NCBI GenBank assembly: GCA_964505155.1
Contig: CAZDGL010000001.1
Location: 71,058 to 135,057, forward strand
DNA from: an uncultured Candidatus Saccharibacteria bacterium
Lineage (GTDB): Bacteria; Patescibacteriota; Minisyncoccia; Phycocordibacterales; UBA9973
Length of the DNA: 64,000 nucleotides
Reading direction: 5' to 3'
The position numbers and the translations under genes are program-made. Of the stretch, positions 1 to 10,032 are shown piece after piece; the first letter of the stretch is position 1; every line of letters starts with the position of its first letter. Under the pieces are notes generated by a model. That model did not search any database and had not been told where the DNA came from. It saw nothing but the letters and a program-made list of their open reading frames with translations.

Positions 1-615
1 ATCCAGTTTTTTTACCTATTTTTTTGAGTCTACCCTTTTCAACAGATTCTTTAGATTTAGGGATACCTTTAAAACGTTTAGAAACTTGTTCTCCGAATCC
101 AATAGGTTTGTTTATACCTTTACCTTTACCGGGAAATTTCTTTCCACGACTAGAAGATCCACTTTTATATTTAAACTCTTCTAATTCTTCTGGAGTAAGT
201 GAATCCATCCATTTTTTCATACCTATCTTAGTTTTTTCAGAAGTAAGTTTCCTGTTTTTATGATCTGAATAATATTCCTTTAACGAAGTAGATGCTTTAA
301 TTCTACTATCATTAGAAACTGATCTACCATAAGACCCTTCACCACCTAAAGTCTGGTTATACCCATTATTAAAAGTATCTAATAGATTAATCCAATACTG
401 TTCTTTAAGAAGTAACTCTTCATATGAAGAAGCTTCATCTATTTCTTTAATAGAAAAATTCTCTATTCCATATTTTCGCATAGCTTTATGAAGATGGAGA
501 TTTGAATTACTATTTGTACTTAATACATGACCTCTAAATCGTTCTTCAATAGACTTAACTGTTTGACCTACATATTTCTTATTACTGATACGATTTTCAA
601 TAATATAAATTTTCA
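1..615 (-). CDS. GIY-YIG homing endonuclease, 3' end cut by window edge
   Basis: Minus-strand ATG at 613-615 with AGGAG RBS; translation MKIYIIENRISNKKYVGQT... carries the GIY-(10 aa)-YVG motif and downstream basic NUMOD-like repeats (GKGKGINKPIGFGE); frame stays open to position 1, so it is absent from the ORF track. Confidence 0.65.
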
Positions 616-644
616 TTTTGGAGGCTCCTAAGTACACTACCTCC

Positions 645-652
645 TATTTATA
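645..652 (-). promoter_or_regulatory. T4-type late promoter TATAAATA upstream of the GIY-YIG gene
   Basis: Minus strand reads TATAAATA about 30 nt upstream of the ATG at 615. Confidence 0.35.
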
Positions 653-662
653 TTATCGGGTA

Positions 663-1403
663 TCAGCCACATATGAATGATGGTGGAGTCTCGAATGTTT
701 GTCGGATCTCCGTCTCCAGAGCTAGACGTTCTTCCTTGGCTTCATTATACAATTCTTGACCAGACATGACAACACCACCTAGAAGCTGGACGTTGGAGTG
801 CTTCTTCATGACACTTCCCCATTGCTCTTTAAGCAATACTGTGGCATACTTCTGAAGCATACGTTCGTTCCAAACGGCAGATTGCTCTTCGGGATCGACG
901 TCCATCGCTACCTCGAAGACAAACCAATCACCTGCACGAACCTGCGTCCAGTCGATATAGATATAAATTTTCTGATTGGATCGATTGAAGTCTATAGGTG
1001 TTTCACCAGTGAAAAAGATTTCCATTTCACGTAGTTTACGATTGACCAGATACCAATAAGTGAAAGTAGTATCCGTCATATCCCAAATATCGGATAGACG
1101 CATTTGGTATTGAATGTCCCACATCGTGGATCTAGTTCCAGTTCCAGAGCTACGAATAGCTTTATAGACTGTTCGAACCGGATCTGGTAGGACGATATAC
1201 TTGTTCGTTATATCCAATGCCTGAATTTGATAGGAGATATACTTGTGTTCTGAACCTTCATCATGAAAGGTGTGCCAGAATTCCAGAGCTTCATCTACAC
1301 GATCATCGACTTGGTCGTCATCAACATTGACTTTGATAACTGGCCAACCGAGACGTCTCATGCAGTGATCTTTGAAACCTTCTCTGGTAGTAATTGTAGG
1401 CAT
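663..1403 (-). CDS. hypothetical protein, distal gene of baseplate/fibre late operon (probably virion-associated)
   Basis: 246-aa ORF abutting endolysin stop; no motif recognised by eye. Confidence 0.3.
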   Translation of the reverse strand: MPTITTREGFKDHCMRRLGWPVIKVNVDDDQVDDRVDEALEFWHTFHDEGSEHKYISYQIQALDITNKYIVLPDPVRTVYKAIRSSGTGTRSTMWDIQYQMRLSDIWDMTDTTFTYWYLVNRKLREMEIFFTGETPIDFNRSNQKIYIYIDWTQVRAGDWFVFEVAMDVDPEEQSAVWNERMLQKYATVLLKEQWGSVMKKHSNVQLLGGVVMSGQELYNEAKEERLALETEIRQTFETPPSFICG

Positions 1404-2129
1404 TTACTTCTTTGCAAATAGCATTGCTTCTGTCTTTGGTCCTAGAACACCATCTGGAACCAAACCATTTTCACCTTGAAAATCCTTCAGAGCATTGATT
1501 GTGGCACGACCGATGACTCCGTCCTCTTCCAATCCATACCCGAAATCATTAAGCGCACGCTGGACATCGAGTACCGAATATTCGGTAAGATTGGATCCGG
1601 GCTTAGAGTCAACTGGTTTGTTAGCAAGATTGAAAATCTTCTTAGCGAGTGCTAGATACTTGATTCTATCTTCCAGACCATTGTAGCCACCATTGATTTT
1701 CTTTGTGATGGCACGGACATCGTCCTGATCTGCAAGCTTATTCAGTTTTCTGGAATTCCAGTACCAGATAGCTCCGAGGAAAGCCCACGGAAAATTAGCT
1801 ACCTCTTCGCGACCTTTGACCGATAGAAAATTAGGAGGATTTAGACCCTCGTCCTTGCACCATTGGTAAAATTCTTTGTAGTTATCTTCCCAAGTGACTT
1901 GAACCAATCCGCGACCATACCATGGAGCGTATCGCTGCTTGGATCCACCGTATTCCTTGGTGGTCTTGAAGCCATCGGACTCATGACAAAGCTGCGCAAG
2001 GAAGTGAGCCTTGCGCAGATCTGTGTTGATGTCAAATTTGTCCATGTAATCGACAGAGTCTAGAATACCGTCGATAATCCAGTCTTGCTCTCGATTAGAT
2101 AGACTTTTGAGTTGAGTTTTGGTTACCAT
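1404..2129 (-). CDS. endolysin: glycoside hydrolase family 19 (chitinase-like lysozyme) catalytic domain + C-terminal peptidoglycan-binding domain
   Basis: RKAHFLAQLCHESDGF...YGGS...WYGRGLVQVTW motif typical of GH19 lysozymes; C-terminus DFGYGLEEDGVIGRATINALKDFQGENGLVPDGVLGPKT matches PG_binding_1 repeat; start overlaps upstream stop (ATGA). Confidence 0.75.
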   Translation of the reverse strand: MVTKTQLKSLSNREQDWIIDGILDSVDYMDKFDINTDLRKAHFLAQLCHESDGFKTTKEYGGSKQRYAPWYGRGLVQVTWEDNYKEFYQWCKDEGLNPPNFLSVKGREEVANFPWAFLGAIWYWNSRKLNKLADQDDVRAITKKINGGYNGLEDRIKYLALAKKIFNLANKPVDSKPGSNLTEYSVLDVQRALNDFGYGLEEDGVIGRATINALKDFQGENGLVPDGVLGPKTEAMLFAKK

Positions 2130-2491
2130 TAACCCTGTGAAGGACCGACAGAACCATACTTCTTGATATCAATTCCTGCTGCCGCAATGTGCTTGTAAGC
2201 CCACTCGATTGCCTGATTTGCCTGAGCAATTCGACCAGCATCGTCTGTTCCCTTAGGAATAGCTCCTGATGCAAGTGCATTTACCAGATACTGATAGTTC
2301 TGTTCATACCAGTCCAAATCCTTTGCTGCGGTATAAGCCGTAGAAACGTTTGGAGTCTTGGCAAGAATAGTCTTTAGCTTGGAAATATAGCTGGACTTGA
2401 TCTTGTTATTTGCGATAACATTATCGATCAAATCGTCGGATGCTTCTACTGCCTTCTGTACTTCTGCCTTAATAGTGGAATCTGCTGACAT
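2129..2491 (-). CDS. hypothetical protein
   Basis: 120-aa ORF, translationally coupled in operon. Confidence 0.3.
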   Translation of the reverse strand: MSADSTIKAEVQKAVEASDDLIDNVIANNKIKSSYISKLKTILAKTPNVSTAYTAAKDLDWYEQNYQYLVNALASGAIPKGTDDAGRIAQANQAIEWAYKHIAAAGIDIKKYGSVGPSQG

Positions 2492-2492
2492 T

Positions 2493-2717
2493 TTATTTTT
2501 CCTTTGTTAGTGGGATATACTCTTCATCGTTGAATGTACCTGAAGATATTTGATAGTACTCTGCGTATGTTCCGTCAAATAGCTCATTTGATTCTTCGGC
2601 AATCCATGACTTGTCTAGTAACTCTTGGATCTGATGTGTGGTTGCAATTTGAATAGAAGATTCACCACCAAACAATCGTTTGAAGAAATTAATAATGGAC
2701 GTGAACATAATTTTCAT
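2493..2717 (-). CDS. hypothetical protein
   Basis: 74-aa ORF in operon. Confidence 0.25.
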   Translation of the reverse strand: MKIMFTSIINFFKRLFGGESSIQIATTHQIQELLDKSWIAEESNELFDGTYAEYYQISSGTFNDEEYIPLTKEK

Positions 2718-3058
2718 TACCTTGTGACTTGTGGAGTTACGATAATAATACCTTCCTGTACTCTCATAGTTAGGTTACCCGGAAAGCTGATCGCTTCAAC
2801 ATCATAAACATATTTTCCTTCTTTCAGATTAGAGGAAATATTTGATGAGAGTGAAATCTGGATTCGTCCATTGGATCCGTCTGCCACGGTACATACTAGG
2901 TTTGCAGAGGCATTCTCAGAATAATAGGATCGACGCAGTTGTCCAGAAACTGAATATCCAGCTACGTTGACGTTTTGGTTAGTCAACGAATCTTTGATGG
3001 TGATATTACTAGTGTAGTATGCACCCTGTTTGATATAAAGCTCTTTGTACAGGCACAT
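2717..3058 (-). CDS. hypothetical protein (beta-rich, possible fibre tip/adhesin accessory)
   Basis: 113-aa ORF, start overlaps upstream stop. Confidence 0.3.
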   Translation of the reverse strand: MCLYKELYIKQGAYYTSNITIKDSLTNQNVNVAGYSVSGQLRRSYYSENASANLVCTVADGSNGRIQISLSSNISSNLKEGKYVYDVEAISFPGNLTMRVQEGIIIVTPQVTR

Positions 3059-3591
3059 TAAGTCCCTCTGACTGGCCAGTAGCTATTATCTGAATAATTA
3101 GCAGGAATTGGATCGAGATCTTTCAATACTCTAGCTGCAAATACGTGTCTGGATTCCCATTGGGCCGCATACTGAGCAAGTGCAAACATTTGATGAGCAT
3201 CTAGCTGTGCTGTTTCATTGTTCTGCAAAATCCACGAGAATGCATCGACTCCACCGTGCCAATATAAGTACCCTTCTGGAGCACCTGCAGCTACGGCAAA
3301 TCCTGCTAGAGTCCCTGCACCTGAAATTCTTATTTTAGATGTGGGATCAAAATCATACGGGTTCCCACCGTACGTAAATCCCAATAGAAGCCGTCTGTCG
3401 CGTTCTGTGTTGATTTGTGCGATAGTTCCTGCGGGATCTGCCGGATCGGTATAAACCCCGTTATCATAGGCTCCACCGATTTTCCAGTGAGGCTCAGCCG
3501 CAATGACGGACGAACCGGGTACGACCCATCCGTCTTCAGCAGAAATGATATTCGTGATAATGTTGTTTGTTATGACAGCTTGTCGCTTCAT
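3058..3591 (-). CDS. putative tail-fibre associated protein
   Basis: 177-aa ORF directly downstream of glycine-rich fibre gene, overlapping stop/start. Confidence 0.3.
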   Translation of the reverse strand: MKRQAVITNNIITNIISAEDGWVVPGSSVIAAEPHWKIGGAYDNGVYTDPADPAGTIAQINTERDRRLLLGFTYGGNPYDFDPTSKIRISGAGTLAGFAVAAGAPEGYLYWHGGVDAFSWILQNNETAQLDAHQMFALAQYAAQWESRHVFAARVLKDLDPIPANYSDNSYWPVRGT

Positions 3592-5241
3592 TTATGATCT
3601 TCCGATTGTAGAAATTACCACGACGTATCCATTGCCACCTAGACCACCATATCCTGTGTGAATTGAGCCTGCAGTGTTGAGAACCGCGTTGGAGAACCAT
3701 CCGGTAGGTGAAGCACCTGCGGCACCACCAGAACCTAGAATACCGTTTCCACCGTTGGCTCCAACGGATCGATACTGAGGATATCCAGACTGGCCACCAA
3801 ATGAAATGAAGATATTGTGGAAGCCATATGCTGTTCCGTCTACACCATTGACTAGATTACCACCATTTTTGGTAGTTTCTGGTGCCGTTATAGAATCCCC
3901 TGATTCCACTGCTCCATAATAAAGAGTCTGATGGCTACCGTCATAGGAGTTATTACCTGCAGTGAAGTCATCACAATAGGATGCACCTCCACCGAATACG
4001 ATAACTGCAGCATCGACGTTTGAAAGTGTAGAAGTCAACGTTGTAACACCAGAAGTAGTCGCTCCACCAGAACCACCAAAGAATGTTCTTTCGGTTCTGG
4101 TTCGATTGATACCAGAACGAGGAATTGTTCCACCACCCGGAGGACCAGAAACTGTTCCACCACCAGAACCACCTAGAGCAGTCAAATAGGCTCCAAATGT
4201 AGTAGAACCACCAGCACTACCTGTTCCACCGGAATATGATGGAGTAGAGTTGATATATCCTACACCACCTTGTGCTTGAGAAACGATGACATATCCATTT
4301 CCACCAGCACCACCTGTACCGATAGTTACTGTGACGTTTGATGCCAATTCTGAGTTGTTAGCATAAAGAATTGCAACTTGGCCACCTCCACCACCAACAC
4401 CAGAAATCGTTTCGGCAGTCGGGGACATTCGACCTCCACCTCCACCTCCACCAGCACCAACAGCATAGATAATAGCTTCTTTGAAGTTAGCAGGCTTATT
4501 CCAAAATCCTGAGGAAAAGAAATATTCTACGACAGTAGTCGTTAGTGCATTTGAAAATTCGAGACGGTTGTTTTGAACAATGAGAGTCTGATTAGCTACT
4601 CCAAGAGGAAGTCTTTCCAGACGATTATTTGCAAATACCAGAATGTCTCCATTAGACATAGGTCCGACATTTGCTAGCTGATGAAGATTGGTATTGACAG
4701 TCTGCTTACCCGGTAGATCCGTGCTGACAATAGTGTTCTGAATAGCATGGACGGTCTTGATATGTAGATCCAGAACGTTTGCTAGTTGTGTAGATGCCAC
4801 GTTTCCTGAAGCATTATCTGCTAGATCGGTAACGGTTCTAACGGAAAGGAATAGAGTCTTGCCTAGTTCGGCAGAACCACCGATTGTGACGGTGCTATTA
4901 TTTGATTGAACTAGGAAATTGTTGGTGGTAAGGTTTGCAGATCTGATGTTGGATAGAAGTCCACCGTCACCTTTAACCAATCCTGATGCCACATTGAGTG
5001 CGACAACCTGACCATCGGATGCCCGAATGGTTGCGGACTTGTAGACTACAAGGTTGGACGTGACGTTGGCTTCAGCAACTCGTAGATTTCCGTTAGCGGT
5101 AACCGATCCATGCACCGCAACATTGCCGTTTGAGGAGAAACCCTTGGTCTGTTCTTCGTTTGTGACTTGAACAAGCTGGTTCACTCTCTGGACGAGAGTG
5201 AAATAGGTATCTAGACCCATATCCAGATTAGCGAGAGGCAT
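3592..5241 (-). CDS. glycine-rich tail fibre-like structural protein
   Basis: 549 aa with long poly-Gly/Gly-X tracts (GGGGGGGR..., GGTGSAGGSTTFG..GGSGGGTVSGPPGGG) typical of phage fibre shafts. Confidence 0.5.
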   Translation of the reverse strand: MPLANLDMGLDTYFTLVQRVNQLVQVTNEEQTKGFSSNGNVAVHGSVTANGNLRVAEANVTSNLVVYKSATIRASDGQVVALNVASGLVKGDGGLLSNIRSANLTTNNFLVQSNNSTVTIGGSAELGKTLFLSVRTVTDLADNASGNVASTQLANVLDLHIKTVHAIQNTIVSTDLPGKQTVNTNLHQLANVGPMSNGDILVFANNRLERLPLGVANQTLIVQNNRLEFSNALTTTVVEYFFSSGFWNKPANFKEAIIYAVGAGGGGGGGRMSPTAETISGVGGGGGQVAILYANNSELASNVTVTIGTGGAGGNGYVIVSQAQGGVGYINSTPSYSGGTGSAGGSTTFGAYLTALGGSGGGTVSGPPGGGTIPRSGINRTRTERTFFGGSGGATTSGVTTLTSTLSNVDAAVIVFGGGASYCDDFTAGNNSYDGSHQTLYYGAVESGDSITAPETTKNGGNLVNGVDGTAYGFHNIFISFGGQSGYPQYRSVGANGGNGILGSGGAAGASPTGWFSNAVLNTAGSIHTGYGGLGGNGYVVVISTIGRS

Positions 5242-5437
5242 TTACAAGGGTTCCTACAATATTGCGTAATTCTTGAAGTTCTGACTTTAGATTATTTATC
5301 TCTTCTTCTTGCGTCCGATTTTTATCAAGCATCCGCTTTTTTACCATATACTCTTCTGCCTTACCCTTGTCTTTAAGGATAAGTGCTCTAGAATGAGTAT
5401 CTCTTTCATATGAAATGTTTTCAGTCTGGACTTTCAT
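5228..5437 (-). CDS. small coiled-coil protein
   Basis: 69 aa, heptad-like KAEEYMVKKRMLDKNRTQEEEINNLKSELQELRNIV. Confidence 0.3.
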   Translation of the reverse strand: MKVQTENISYERDTHSRALILKDKGKAEEYMVKKRMLDKNRTQEEEINNLKSELQELRNIVGTLVNASR

Positions 5438-8400
5438 TAGTCTCCACCGGGTAGTGCAATAGCTCTGAAGTCACGTGCCTTCGGTAGAATTAGCGTGGAT
5501 TCGGAATAGAACACGACCTTGATTGCATATTCACGGAATGAATTGTAAGTAGTTCCACCAGCGGTATAGGATACCGAGTTGGAAGATAGAGAAGGACGAT
5601 ATTCGTATTCGATATAATCGATATCGGATGATGAATATCTATTTGATGGTGTTGCCTGCTCCATTGGGAACCATTCGCGGCTTTCGAATGTAGCAGGATC
5701 GTCTTCGTTCTTTACCTTGTAGTATACAAAGAAGTTGGTGCCTACTGGTTTGTTACCAGTAATATAGACTCGTAGGTCTCCACCATTGAATCCTTCGTTC
5801 AGGATTGCACGTTTGGTGATATATCTGGATCTAGCTGGACCACCTGAAGGATCGGTTTCAGACGCCACAATCAGATTTGCGGATGAGCCTCCACCACCAC
5901 TAAGCGTGACGTTTGCTCGCGTTGAATATCCTGAGCCACCAGTATTGACGACAATGGACGTTAGGTTAGATCCATCGGTTGCTCCGATATAGGCATTAGC
6001 GGATGAGCCTCCACCACCAGAAATAGTCACGGCAATGTTGTTTGCGTTTGAATATCCGGTTCCGTCGTCCACAAAGGTAATCAGCGTATTGGATAGCGGC
6101 AGATTATTGATTTCATTTGCCACGGTAATCAGATTGACTGACTTCGCGATAACCATAGGTGAAATATCAGGGTTCGGAGTAGATAGTGAAACCCGAACAT
6201 TAGCTGCAGCAATAACCTTTCGTTCTGACAATTCGTAGTCCTTATCAGCAACAATGGTTTCAAAGGATCCTAGAGCACCAGTAAGATTGGACGTGCTCTT
6301 CAAAGCGTAATTGATTCTGGTATTACCGATCAGCAAGTCCTGCTTCTGCAGATAGATCATATCAAAGTAGGTATTGGATACCTGTGGTGAGTTTTCAAAG
6401 TATGCTAGACCTTCGTTGGTAGTAAACTGGCAACGATTAAGGACGAACATCAAATCTTCGAACTGGAATGGTGTCCAGACGGAAGCATTCTGGGACTTGA
6501 ATAGTGAACCAGAATATGGTTGCTCGGAAATGATTCTATCAGTACCGATCTGCTTCTTGCTCATTTCACCAATATAGACTTCGTATTCTGGAGCATCGGA
6601 TAGCACAGTCAGAGCATATTCCTTTCCAGCTTCCAGATAAACTGGTGCTTGGAATGGGAAGTTGGTCTTGGTTGCCGTATTACCTGCAGAAGGATTGTCA
6701 GACAGATTGATCTGGTCTGGGAACTTCTTACTGATAGAATATGGAAGGATTTCGGATGAAGATGGGAATCCGTTCACAGTCGTTCTAATTTCTACCCAAA
6801 CAGGAAGGTTATCATCCTTTCTCTTGAAGAATAGGTCGACGGATGATAGGAAGATACCACTTGGGAATACGCTTGCATCCACATAGAATGTCTGGGATAG
6901 TGGATCGAGTCCAGCAAACCGAACCTGTTCTCTAATCGTACGAGTTTGAACTACAGGCTTCTGTACCGCAAGAACGGACTCACGAACGTCCTGCTGAATT
7001 GCCAAAGCATTGTAGGTAGTAACCGCTTTGGTAGTAAAGCTATCGGCATCACTAGAAACGTCATCGATAATGGTGAATTCACGTTCACCTGTTCTAAACA
7101 TATCGCTGCTGTTGGAAGGTAGATGGAAGATACCACCTAGAGATCCTGAGCGATTGATCTTGTTTGGACCAATAGAGTAAATGGTGTTTGCTTGTGGGAT
7201 AGTAGTCAGAAGAGGGAATACCTCTGCACGACGAGTTACTGCATTGAATGAAGTAATATTCGTGGTCTGACCAGCACCCGGACCAATTGGGAAACAGATT
7301 GTATTAGCAAGATAGTAGTTTGCCGTGTTGGCAGCACCAACCGCTAGCACAACGCTATTTGCCATAGCGCTGACTACATTACCTGAATAGTGTTCGTAGC
7401 TGATAATCTTACCAGTTACACCTGATACCTGACCAGTTAGAGTCGTACCCGGAGTAAAGTATCCCTTTGTATTTGCTACATAAACCAAGCAATTACCATC
7501 GGAGTCAAATCCAGATAGAACTACCTGACCAGTATTGGATCCGAATGAAACCTTTTCATTCACACCTACCTGATCATCAAACCGATATAGAGTCTGTTCT
7601 ACCTTGAGGACGTTCGGACGTTCGATATACTTGGTAACGTTTGAGCCATCAAAGAAGAATTCTACCTGACGATATGGACGCATGGAATAAGCATTGAAGA
7701 AAACATCACGCTGACGAATCCATGGAACAATCGAGACATTGACTACGGATGAACCCAGAGATTGAGTTTCGGTCTGTAGAACCGTTCTGGTCTGCGTCTG
7801 GACATCAAATGAGGTTGAAGTCAATCCGTCACGGTTTGTTCCACCGTTTCTAGTAACGCTAGTTTCACGTCGAGTAGAAGTGGTTCTCCAGTTACCGAAA
7901 TCGGATCCGAATGCCTGAGATGCGGAATTGGAAGTCCAACCATCTAGCGCACCATTTTCATTGATGACAAGATCTGGTACTTCATTTGTATTTACCCACT
8001 GGTCAGACATAGGTGAAATGTCCAGATTTCCATTGAAGGTAGCTACGAGGAAATAGTTGACGGATTCTGCTTTGGACGCGGTATTCTGGGTAATGAATGG
8101 AATTTCATTGAAGTCCAAAGTAATGACTTCACCAGACTTGTAGATATTGGAGTCTGATGCTGAATACTCCATAACAAATGAACCCTGAGTGAAGAATGGA
8201 CGCAGGATCTTTTCGGTGCTATCGATGGAGCAACGATAGTCTCCGTTTCCGACATCACCAATTGAGTGACCGTCGAAATTGTCAGCAATGATACCGTACT
8301 TGGTTCTTTCCAGACCATTGACGTCACGAATTGATAGGGATTCTGCTGCCTTTTCCAAAGCATTCAAGGTATTATAATATTCTAGATTCTGAATACGCTT

Positions 8401-10032
8401 TTCGAGTCCACCAATATCACGCATGGTGAATCGCTTATTGTCCACATATTTGACTTGAATATTGGTCTTAGGATCGATAACATATGGATCCAGATAGAAT
8501 CGGTATAGCGGCATACCATCATCTGGGACGTTTGGTAGAGAAGGCAATCCTGAAGCTACACCCTTAATGTATCTGAAGGTTCTATCCTTCGTAGCAATAA
8601 GCATGTCACGACGTGGCATGTAGTATTCAAAGTTGACTGTGAATTCTTCATTAGGAGTAGGAATACGTCCACCATTCAGCGTATATGCTGGTGAAGTATT
8701 GGAAGCATTCTGTCTGGAAGGACGGAAATCCACCACGTCAGCTAGACGGAAGGATTCACCTGTTGAATCGATATAGGTTGGAACGTCTCCGTATCCAGCA
8801 GTCGTATTGATGTCAGGATATGAATCGACAGAGAAGAATCCGTAACCATCGGATGAGCCTGCTCCATGTTCATAGTAATCAAAGCAGACGACCAGCGGAC
8901 CCTTAGGAGCCGTTACACCAGTTTTTAGAACAATTGCACCGTGATCATAGAAGGTGTCACGCTGTCCGGTATCCAGAAGATATCTGGAAGTAACATCGGT
9001 ATATCCAGAGAGTGCTGCACCACCAACGATTGCGGTACCGTTTAAATCATAGATTGCATTAATCTTCTTGACGTCTGCTACGAATAGTGAATCCTTACCG
9101 CTTGGAACTCGATTTGGATTGATAATTCTAACCTGACCATCCTTCAGATAGATTGCAGTATTGGTGGTTCCGGTTAGAATAGTAGCGTTTGCCGTTACCG
9201 TGACTGCATATGCAGTGTTCGGTACGATCTTGGTCTTGGACTTTGGATTGGTCTTGGAACCTGAATTGATTTCTACGGAAGCAATAACGTCTGCCACAAA
9301 GGTATTGGAGGTTCCGGCATCCAGAGTAGCGGTTGAACCTGCTACTGAGATAGAACGTCCGAGTGACGTTGCCATAGGTAGAATTGCACCGTTTTGCCAT
9401 GCAACGTTACCACCATTGTTGGTAATCATTACCATGTAGTTATCGACCTTGATTGAGTCGGATAGAGCACCAGTACCGATCAGCGCATCACCAGCATCCG
9501 CAGTGATAGACCCCACACCTGAAGTGAAGGTACGGTTAGTGAATACCTTTCGGTACTGGTAATTGTTGACACCAGTGTTCGCTTTTACATAATCCTGTGG
9601 GAACGGGAATATTAGTGAAGAATATGCGGCTTCGGCCATAACGGTATCACCATTTGGTGTACCATCGGACTTGGATTCATTGGCAATATTCAGGTTAGCG
9701 GTTGAGGCACCAAAGCCACCACGAACCATGGACTCCAGATCATTGATACCAAAATCAATGGAAATGACAGAAGTTGTATCTGGGATCGTATCCCAATCTG
9801 GTGCCACGGTTGCTACCTTGGTTGATCCGTTCCATGCTGTGAAATTTCGGATCTGTCCTGAACCTGTTCCGGTTACGACTCGACCAGTCGCATTCTGATA
9901 AGCATTTGAGTTAGCAGAGAAACGTGGATAGTTGAGCGTTTGCAGAGTTTGCATTCGCGGAAATTGAAACGAACTGAGTATCAGCAATGTAGACGCGAGC
10001 CAGATAGGACGCAGCATTGGTGATTGAACCAT
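5437..10032 (-). CDS. giant (about 1500 aa) baseplate/tail-fibre structural protein
   Basis: 1531-aa ORF downstream of gp8; contains the same Gly-rich module (TGGSGYSTRANVTLSGGGGSSANL) seen in gp6/gp7/gp8; real start probably internal Met (MQTLQTL, about 9954) because of overlap with upstream ORF. Confidence 0.55.
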   Translation of the reverse strand: MVQSPMLRPIWLASTLLILSSFQFPRMQTLQTLNYPRFSANSNAYQNATGRVVTGTGSGQIRNFTAWNGSTKVATVAPDWDTIPDTTSVISIDFGINDLESMVRGGFGASTANLNIANESKSDGTPNGDTVMAEAAYSSLIFPFPQDYVKANTGVNNYQYRKVFTNRTFTSGVGSITADAGDALIGTGALSDSIKVDNYMVMITNNGGNVAWQNGAILPMATSLGRSISVAGSTATLDAGTSNTFVADVIASVEINSGSKTNPKSKTKIVPNTAYAVTVTANATILTGTTNTAIYLKDGQVRIINPNRVPSGKDSLFVADVKKINAIYDLNGTAIVGGAALSGYTDVTSRYLLDTGQRDTFYDHGAIVLKTGVTAPKGPLVVCFDYYEHGAGSSDGYGFFSVDSYPDINTTAGYGDVPTYIDSTGESFRLADVVDFRPSRQNASNTSPAYTLNGGRIPTPNEEFTVNFEYYMPRRDMLIATKDRTFRYIKGVASGLPSLPNVPDDGMPLYRFYLDPYVIDPKTNIQVKYVDNKRFTMRDIGGLEKRIQNLEYYNTLNALEKAAESLSIRDVNGLERTKYGIIADNFDGHSIGDVGNGDYRCSIDSTEKILRPFFTQGSFVMEYSASDSNIYKSGEVITLDFNEIPFITQNTASKAESVNYFLVATFNGNLDISPMSDQWVNTNEVPDLVINENGALDGWTSNSASQAFGSDFGNWRTTSTRRETSVTRNGGTNRDGLTSTSFDVQTQTRTVLQTETQSLGSSVVNVSIVPWIRQRDVFFNAYSMRPYRQVEFFFDGSNVTKYIERPNVLKVEQTLYRFDDQVGVNEKVSFGSNTGQVVLSGFDSDGNCLVYVANTKGYFTPGTTLTGQVSGVTGKIISYEHYSGNVVSAMANSVVLAVGAANTANYYLANTICFPIGPGAGQTTNITSFNAVTRRAEVFPLLTTIPQANTIYSIGPNKINRSGSLGGIFHLPSNSSDMFRTGEREFTIIDDVSSDADSFTTKAVTTYNALAIQQDVRESVLAVQKPVVQTRTIREQVRFAGLDPLSQTFYVDASVFPSGIFLSSVDLFFKRKDDNLPVWVEIRTTVNGFPSSSEILPYSISKKFPDQINLSDNPSAGNTATKTNFPFQAPVYLEAGKEYALTVLSDAPEYEVYIGEMSKKQIGTDRIISEQPYSGSLFKSQNASVWTPFQFEDLMFVLNRCQFTTNEGLAYFENSPQVSNTYFDMIYLQKQDLLIGNTRINYALKSTSNLTGALGSFETIVADKDYELSERKVIAAANVRVSLSTPNPDISPMVIAKSVNLITVANEINNLPLSNTLITFVDDGTGYSNANNIAVTISGGGGSSANAYIGATDGSNLTSIVVNTGGSGYSTRANVTLSGGGGSSANLIVASETDPSGGPARSRYITKRAILNEGFNGGDLRVYITGNKPVGTNFFVYYKVKNEDDPATFESREWFPMEQATPSNRYSSSDIDYIEYEYRPSLSSNSVSYTAGGTTYNSFREYAIKVVFYSESTLILPKARDFRAIALPGGD

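Noticed and set aside
24-263. 79-aa plus-strand ORF at the left edge
   Set aside because: Lies antisense inside the partial GIY-YIG gene that reads through this region on the minus strand; low-complexity translation
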